From a virus (taxonomy: Duplodnaviria; Caudoviricetes), in IMG/VR virus record IMGVR_UViG_3300047560_001264, positions 1 through 56,108 of that record: a DNA stretch of 56,108 nt, one strand, 5' to 3'. Made by a program: the position numbers and the translations under genes. Each line of letters opens with the position of its first letter. The first letter of the stretch is position 1. Positions 50,587 to 56,108 of the stretch are shown piece by piece. Under the pieces are notes generated by a model. The model was not told the origin of the DNA and did no database searches. It worked only from the letters and a program-made list of their open reading frames with translations.

Positions 50587-52467
50587 ATGGCAAAAGATAA
50601 CTTAACAAATAAACAAAAAGATTACGCATTGTTTTTACCAGCACTTAGTGGCTTCTACGCCACATTTATTGGTAAACAACGTGTAAACAACGACTACGTT
50701 GACCCAGCAAGGCTCCCTGATGGTATTAAAGATATGGAAGAGCTAAACTGGTTAAATCCTGACAAAGGATTGTTCCCTTACAAGTGGAGTTTGTACTCTG
50801 CAGGTCACGCAAACTTGGACCTAACTATACCTGATCCAGGTGAAGATATGGTCCGCGATCGTGATCCTAGCGCAATCATTCTAGGTGACTCTGGAGGATT
50901 CCAGATTGCCAAGGGACAATGGCCAGGTAACTGGAAAGATCCAGACAGTGCAGAAGTTGCCGCTGAATTAGTTAGTGCAACTGCACGTGGCACTGAAGTA
51001 CGCACTATTGTTGACCCAGTAACTAAGAAGTCTAAAACTATCACAGTTGACTTAGTGAAAGAACACCACAAACTTCTTGCAGATGCACAGAAGAAGCGTG
51101 ATGGCGTTTTAAAGTGGCTCGATGGTGTTTCTAATTACGGCATGGTACTTGATATCCCAGCATGGGTTGCAAATACTCCTGAAAGAGATGTCTGCGGTGT
51201 TCGTACATATGACGAAGCTGTTGCCGCTACACAATACAATAACGAATACTTCATCAAACACCGCAAAGGTGTAAATGATGGTGGTACAAAGTTCTTGAAC
51301 GTTATGCAAGGTAGCAATCACGCACAAGCAAATGATTGGTATGGCAAGATGAAAAAGTATTGCGACCCAAATCAATATCCAGATAAGCACTTTAATGGCT
51401 GGGCGTTTGGTGGTCAAACTAAAACTGACGTACACTTGATGTTAAAACGTCTTGTTGAAATCCGCTTTGACGGTTTGATGCAACAAGGTAAGCAGGATTG
51501 GTTGCACGTACTTGGTACAAGTAAATTAGAATTTGCATTGTTATTGACTGACGTCCAACGAGCAATTCGTAAGCACGTTAATCCTGATTTTACAATTAGC
51601 TTTGACTGTGCAAGTCCATTCTTGGCAACTGCTAACGGTCAAATTTACTATCAATCAAGAGTTGGTAAGAATCCAAATAGTGTTCCCACAAACTTGAACT
51701 TAACTACTGATCTCTTTGATTATAACGATGAAGACTTGTACTCAGACCACAAGGCTTGGAGTTATAGAATGATCAAGAGCTTGGACGATAAAAAGTACGC
51801 TATTGACCATCGTTCATTCCGTGATGCAGCAATGCAAGACTTTCCAAAGCGTTTCCCTAACTTTGAAGACAGTCCAATTACTGAGCTATGCGAAGTAAAT
51901 GATATTTGCTTCTACAAAGATGGTGTTCGTAAAACTGATGCTGAGATTGCTGCTGAAGAAGGCATTGCAATCGATAAAGTTCAGTTTGACTTTAAGAAGA
52001 AAGAACACTATCATGTAATACCAGACCTAAATAAGATCGATAAAATTGGTCGTACAAGCTGGGATAGTTTTAGTTATGCCCTACAAATGGGTCATAATGT
52101 TTATTTGCATATCTTTGCAGTACAAGAAGCAAACAGACAGTATGATGCAGGTAGTTTCCCACAAATGATGGAATACCAAGGTAGTCCAAAGAAGGATAAG
52201 TTTAGAGATGTTGTTGATGCAATCTTTGCAGCACCTACTAAAGATGATGCGCTTGCAATTATTGATCATTACAATTTGTACTGGATGGAAATCTTGGGCA
52301 ACCACGGATACATTGGTAAGAAAGTAATGAACGCAACAACACATTACGAAAATATGAAGGCAAACGGGATTATTGAAGAAATCGACTTGTCAGAAGGTAT
52401 GGCAATGGACCAAGCTGAAGACGAAGCACGTGAAACCGTAAGCAAAGACTTTAACCCTGATTTATAA
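50587..52467 (+). CDS. TGT-fold guanine transglycosylase, DpdA-like (DNA substrate inferred)
   Basis: ILGDSGGFQ, MVLDIP, GWAFGG, WLHVLG and ISFDCASP correspond to TGT catalytic motifs; no CxCxxC Zn site; sits among replication and folE/queD-like genes. Confidence 0.8.
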   Translation: MAKDNLTNKQKDYALFLPALSGFYATFIGKQRVNNDYVDPARLPDGIKDMEELNWLNPDKGLFPYKWSLYSAGHANLDLTIPDPGEDMVRDRDPSAIILGDSGGFQIAKGQWPGNWKDPDSAEVAAELVSATARGTEVRTIVDPVTKKSKTITVDLVKEHHKLLADAQKKRDGVLKWLDGVSNYGMVLDIPAWVANTPERDVCGVRTYDEAVAATQYNNEYFIKHRKGVNDGGTKFLNVMQGSNHAQANDWYGKMKKYCDPNQYPDKHFNGWAFGGQTKTDVHLMLKRLVEIRFDGLMQQGKQDWLHVLGTSKLEFALLLTDVQRAIRKHVNPDFTISFDCASPFLATANGQIYYQSRVGKNPNSVPTNLNLTTDLFDYNDEDLYSDHKAWSYRMIKSLDDKKYAIDHRSFRDAAMQDFPKRFPNFEDSPITELCEVNDICFYKDGVRKTDAEIAAEEGIAIDKVQFDFKKKEHYHVIPDLNKIDKIGRTSWDSFSYALQMGHNVYLHIFAVQEANRQYDAGSFPQMMEYQGSPKKDKFRDVVDAIFAAPTKDDALAIIDHYNLYWMEILGNHGYIGKKVMNATTHYENMKANGIIEEIDLSEGMAMDQAEDEARETVSKDFNPDL

Positions 52468-52471
52468 TTTT

Positions 52472-53044
52472 ATGCAGCACAATAGTATTGAATCTAAATT
52501 AATCGGCAAAATCCTACCACCCACCTTTGCTGGTGAAAGTGGTAGGGGTTTGGAAGATCTTCTAGAGTCCATTGGTATCCCAATTAACCGCGGATCTGGT
52601 GTCGATTGTTTAATTTTTGATTTTGAAGTTAAATCACGCGACATTGACGCAATTAGTCCACAAACTGTTTGCACAATGACGTTTAATGACATCATCGCAA
52701 CTCCATACGCCAACTCCCGTGTTCGAGAAAAATTCCAACGACAATTTAGAGTAAAAACTAAACACAATGTCATTATATCCGCAGAAATGTATGACTTCTC
52801 ACATCGATTGATTCAAAATCTAATCGAAGAAGCTTATGAGACAGCGAGAGCATCACTAGCTGCATCACAAACAAATGGTGCTTGCCACGGAAAATGGATG
52901 CCAGCGTATGTTCCGGGTACCAAGTGGGGCTATTTGGAAAACGTTAACACTGCCACAAATTCATACCACTTTAGGATTTCCCACGGTGCCATGGACGATT
53001 TTGAAGCCATGTCACACTCAACACTAAGTAAACTTTTCGAATAA
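52472..53044 (+). CDS. PD-(D/E)xK endonuclease, MutH/Sau3AI-like
   Basis: G..LE.LL...G......GVD......EVKS......TVC........Y.NS.V.EK..R. Confidence 0.65.
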   Translation: MQHNSIESKLIGKILPPTFAGESGRGLEDLLESIGIPINRGSGVDCLIFDFEVKSRDIDAISPQTVCTMTFNDIIATPYANSRVREKFQRQFRVKTKHNVIISAEMYDFSHRLIQNLIEEAYETARASLAASQTNGACHGKWMPAYVPGTKWGYLENVNTATNSYHFRISHGAMDDFEAMSHSTLSKLFE

Positions 53045-53445
53045 TGAACACAACTATTAGACAAAACATTCGCCCACTTAAGATGATTTGGGTTACCTTT
53101 CAAAAGGAAGGTATCCACAAGTATCCAGCGGCTTTAACTGATCCAGCACTTGCAACAGGAGATGAATATGATGTATCGTTTTTGGGTCATCCCCATCGTC
53201 ATATTTTCCATTTCCGGGTGTGGATCAATGTGCAACATAATGACAGAGACATCGAATTCATCCAGTTCAAACGCTGGCTCGAGTCGCTGTATAATGGTCA
53301 AGGTGCCACTATAAGCCTTGACTATAAAAGTTGTGAGATGATGTCAGATGAATTACATGACATTATCACGCAAAAGTATCCAGGTCGCGAGATTTGGATT
53401 GAGGTCTCCGAAGACGGAGAAAATGGTTCTTTTATTCAATATTAA
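53044..53445 (+). CDS. QueD-like T-fold protein, DpdL-like (candidate CDG decarboxylase)
   Basis: EGIH, LGHPHRHIF (LxxxHRHxF in place of QueD CxxxHGH), HNDRDIEF, SCEM, VSEDGENG. Confidence 0.7.
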   Translation: MNTTIRQNIRPLKMIWVTFQKEGIHKYPAALTDPALATGDEYDVSFLGHPHRHIFHFRVWINVQHNDRDIEFIQFKRWLESLYNGQGATISLDYKSCEMMSDELHDIITQKYPGREIWIEVSEDGENGSFIQY

Positions 53446-53466
53446 ACAAAACAAAGGAAAGCTATT

Positions 53467-53730
53467 ATGGCTAAAAACTACAAAGACTATTCTTATTTCG
53501 AAAACCGTCCTGACATCGTTAAGATTTTTGACGATTTGGAAGCATTTAAGGATTTCTGTAGAATCGAAATGCACCCGTTCAACGAAGCGGATCTTTACAA
53601 TCGCGATAGTTGGGTATGGCGCAACTTTGACAAGAGCCGTCGCCCTAAAAAGGCATGGAATGGTGAACGTAAGCCTTACCAAGGCAAGAACCCACGCCCA
53701 CAATACAATAACAGATACGAGACAAACTAA
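53467..53730 (+). CDS. Hypothetical protein with basic tail
   Basis: IFDDLE.F.DFCR.E...FNEADLYN motif; AAGGA SD. Confidence 0.75.
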   Translation: MAKNYKDYSYFENRPDIVKIFDDLEAFKDFCRIEMHPFNEADLYNRDSWVWRNFDKSRRPKKAWNGERKPYQGKNPRPQYNNRYETN

Positions 53731-54806
53731 TGAAAAAACCTAACATTTGGATCTTTAGTCTAGAGCCTTTGGACTCTAGATATACTAAACAGTGGCATAC
53801 TAATATCCCCGAGATTTTGGCGGCCGCTGCTGGTGACAGATTCAATGTTAGGCAAGTTGATGGCGTTCAACGAACTGCAAAAGTTACTAACGGTGCATTT
53901 CTAAATTTTAGTGATACTAATTATTGGAAAAGCACTCAACTTGCAAATTTCGTTGAACTTCTCGATGCAGGTGAAACTACGCCCAATGATAAAATTTTAA
54001 TCACTGATGCGTGGAATCCTTGCATTACTCAACTTGCATACATGCGTGATTTGTTAGACCAGAAATGGGAACTACACGGTATTTGGCATGCCGGTGCATA
54101 TGATCCAAGTGATATTCTTGGATACAAGATGCAAAAACCTTGGCCATGGGAAGCAGAAAGAAGCTGGTTTTACAGTCTAGACTTTAACTACTATGCTAGT
54201 AACTTCCATAAAGATATGTTCTTAAAGAACTTGGATATTAAACCTGAGTTCCATCATAGAGCAGTACGTAGCGGACAACCACACGGTGAGATTATTACAT
54301 CAATGAAACCGTATATGAATGTTCGCAAGTCAAGTGATAACCTTATCATGTGGCCACATCGCTTTAATGCAGACAAGCAGCCTGAAATTGCTGTAGACTT
54401 AGGCAACGATTTCAACATGGTTATTACACAAAAGCTATCACTTTCTAAAGACGAATACTACGCAAAATTGTCTGAAAGTAAAGTTATGTTTAGCTGTGCA
54501 TTACATGAAAACCTCGGTATTAGTGTAATGGAAGGTGTATTAGCTGGGGTAATTCCAGTATTACCTGATCGTTGCAGCTATAAAGAAATGTATTTGCCAC
54601 AATTCAAGTACCCAAGTGAATGGACTGCTAATTTTGAATCATATCAAAAGCACAAGGCAGAGTTAGTTGATTTCATCAACCATCGAATTCATAATCGTGA
54701 TCAATACATGCATTTGTTGCAAGATCAACTCAACATACTGAGACAGGAATATTTGACTGCTAATGTAATGGTTGAAAAAATCACTAGACTTGACTCTACG
54801 ACCTAA
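53730..54806 (+). CDS. GT-B fold glycosyltransferase (GT4-like)
   Basis: WPHRF...KQP, HENLGISVMEG...G..P..P (E-x7-E); WHAGAYDP.D.LG. Confidence 0.82.
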   Translation: MKKPNIWIFSLEPLDSRYTKQWHTNIPEILAAAAGDRFNVRQVDGVQRTAKVTNGAFLNFSDTNYWKSTQLANFVELLDAGETTPNDKILITDAWNPCITQLAYMRDLLDQKWELHGIWHAGAYDPSDILGYKMQKPWPWEAERSWFYSLDFNYYASNFHKDMFLKNLDIKPEFHHRAVRSGQPHGEIITSMKPYMNVRKSSDNLIMWPHRFNADKQPEIAVDLGNDFNMVITQKLSLSKDEYYAKLSESKVMFSCALHENLGISVMEGVLAGVIPVLPDRCSYKEMYLPQFKYPSEWTANFESYQKHKAELVDFINHRIHNRDQYMHLLQDQLNILRQEYLTANVMVEKITRLDSTT

Positions 54807-54818
54807 ATACATTACACT
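54790..54818 (+). promoter_or_regulatory. Sigma70-like promoter for folE with nested TAAATA
   Basis: TTGACT, 17-nt spacer, TACACT; TAAATA at 54804-54809. Confidence 0.55.
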
Positions 54819-54841
54819 TTAATATTACATAGGATTTTTAC

Positions 54842-55540
54842 ATGAGTGAAGGGAAAAATTTAAGTCAAGTAATCAGAGATCAAATGAAGGCCCAAGGCAA
54901 ACGCTTCTGGGCAGGTGATAACATCAGTGATTACATTGACGAGGAACAAAAAGCGGCTCTAATTGGAGAAGCGACAGTAGCATTTGAAGGTGTCCTCGAT
55001 GCATTACTAATTGATCGTGAAAACGACCCAAACTCGCATGGTACTGCGAAGCGTTTAGCTAAGATGTACTTTAACGAAATTATGGCAGGAAGATATGAAC
55101 CAGCACCAGACGCAACTGCATTTCCAAACGATTCGCAAGACCGTTATGAAGGTATGCTTGTTGTTCGCTCTGAGCTTAGGAGCATGTGCAGTCATCATCA
55201 CCAACCTGTTTCCGGCGTTGCTTATATTGGTATTATTGCTGCTCAGAAACTTATTGGGCTCAGCAAGTATACAAGAATCGCACAGTGGTGTGCAAGACGA
55301 GGTACTCTCCAGGAGGAACTTTGTAATGACATTGCCCGCGAGATTAGCAAAGCAACTGGTTCAGAAAACGTAGCTGTGTATATTCAAGCGACTCACGGAT
55401 GTTGTGAAAACCGTGGCATTATGGCACATAGTAGTCTTACACAAACTACAGTTCTGCGTGGTGCTTTCCACGACGACGCTGGTACAAAGAAGGAATTCTT
55501 TGATAACATTAAGCTGCAACAGGAATTTGCACCACGATGA
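54842..55540 (+). CDS. folE: GTP cyclohydrolase I
   Basis: TA.R.AKMY, SMCSHH, IGLSK..RI....ARR...QE, H.C...RG, T..LRG.F motifs. Confidence 0.95.
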   Translation: MSEGKNLSQVIRDQMKAQGKRFWAGDNISDYIDEEQKAALIGEATVAFEGVLDALLIDRENDPNSHGTAKRLAKMYFNEIMAGRYEPAPDATAFPNDSQDRYEGMLVVRSELRSMCSHHHQPVSGVAYIGIIAAQKLIGLSKYTRIAQWCARRGTLQEELCNDIAREISKATGSENVAVYIQATHGCCENRGIMAHSSLTQTTVLRGAFHDDAGTKKEFFDNIKLQQEFAPR

Positions 55541-55653
55541 TATTCATAACCAATAAGTTCGATTCAATAAGAGTACCTTACGATGAGGACTTATTGTTAT
55601 GGTTGCAGGAACAGTATCCCCGTTCCCAATATCGAGTGGTAGAGATATTATGA
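55537..55653 (+). CDS. Small hypothetical protein (38 aa), below the ORF-track cutoff
   Basis: MIFITNKFDSIRVPYDEDLLLWLQEQYPRSQYRVVEIL; ATGA overlap with folE; ends 1 nt before the next ATG. Confidence 0.55.
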   Translation: MIFITNKFDSIRVPYDEDLLLWLQEQYPRSQYRVVEIL

Positions 55654-55654
55654 G

Positions 55655-56108
55655 ATGGCCGTCACTTCATCAACTAGCTACATAACATACCCATATACAA
55701 CAGGCGGTAGTATTTCTGGCGCAACCCTTACATCAACAGGGTCCAGTTACACACTGAACACTGGTGCAGGCATTGCTGGTAGCAGTGGTATTTTAAATAC
55801 GTCATCCGCAACTTGGGCAAATCCAAACATAAACTTCACTAGTTCAAATGGGAACACTTTAATGTCTATTCCGCATGGTGAAGATAAGATTGTTTTGGAA
55901 GAAAAGGCAGCATTAGAAGTTAAAGGTAATGTTGTTATAAATGGAGTTGACTTGGAAGAACGGTTGAATACAATCGAAAAAGTATTGCAAATTCCCACAA
56001 GAGATGTTACAATGGAAGAAAAGCATCCAAAACTAGCAGAGTTATACAAACAATACATGCATGAATTGGAAAAATACAGAACGTGGGATCGCATTAAAGG
56101 AGATGAAG
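55655..56108 (+). CDS. Hypothetical protein, 3' truncated by the window edge
   Basis: Open frame MAVTSSTS...LEVKGNVVINGVDLEERL.TIEKVLQIP.RD...E.KHPKL to the window end. Confidence 0.7.
   Translation, partial: MAVTSSTSYITYPYTTGGSISGATLTSTGSSYTLNTGAGIAGSSGILNTSSATWANPNINFTSSNGNTLMSIPHGEDKIVLEEKAALEVKGNVVINGVDLEERLNTIEKVLQIPTRDVTMEEKHPKLAELYKQYMHELEKYRTWDRIKGDE

Noticed and set aside
55747-56094. 115-aa minus-strand ORF in the track
   Set aside because: Shadow of the plus-strand gene that starts at 55655 and runs off the window

Overview
56 kb segment of a large, AT-rich, T4-like lytic dsDNA phage. Spanins point to a Gram-negative host, and the genetic code is standard. The window runs as follows. 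(1) queD, uvsE and small genes. (2) A ~24 kb virion module: a 3874-aa giant fibre/spike, collagen fibres, two Mtd_N-anchored fibres, a pirin and an Ig-like protein. (3) Mini-DnaE, GroES, clamp loader, dCMP deaminase and phoH. (4) A lysis cassette with two GH19 enzymes, spanins and a holin. (5) DnaJ and ClpA. (6) Probable capsid-internal proteins with T4 IP-like targeting leaders. (7) Family B DNA polymerase and sliding clamp, followed directly by a 7-deazaguanine modification cluster: TGT/DpdA-like enzyme, MutH/Sau3AI-like nuclease, DpdL-like T-fold protein, GT-B glycosyltransferase and folE. The strongest candidates for something new are: tandem phycobiliprotein-like (CxRD) helical repeats in the giant virion protein; the deazaguanine + glycosyltransferase + MutH-like nuclease module; a bistable, SD-sequestering RNA leader on phoH; and capsid-targeted cargo proteins, including a second lysozyme. 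All family calls come from motifs recognised by eye; no database searches were run.
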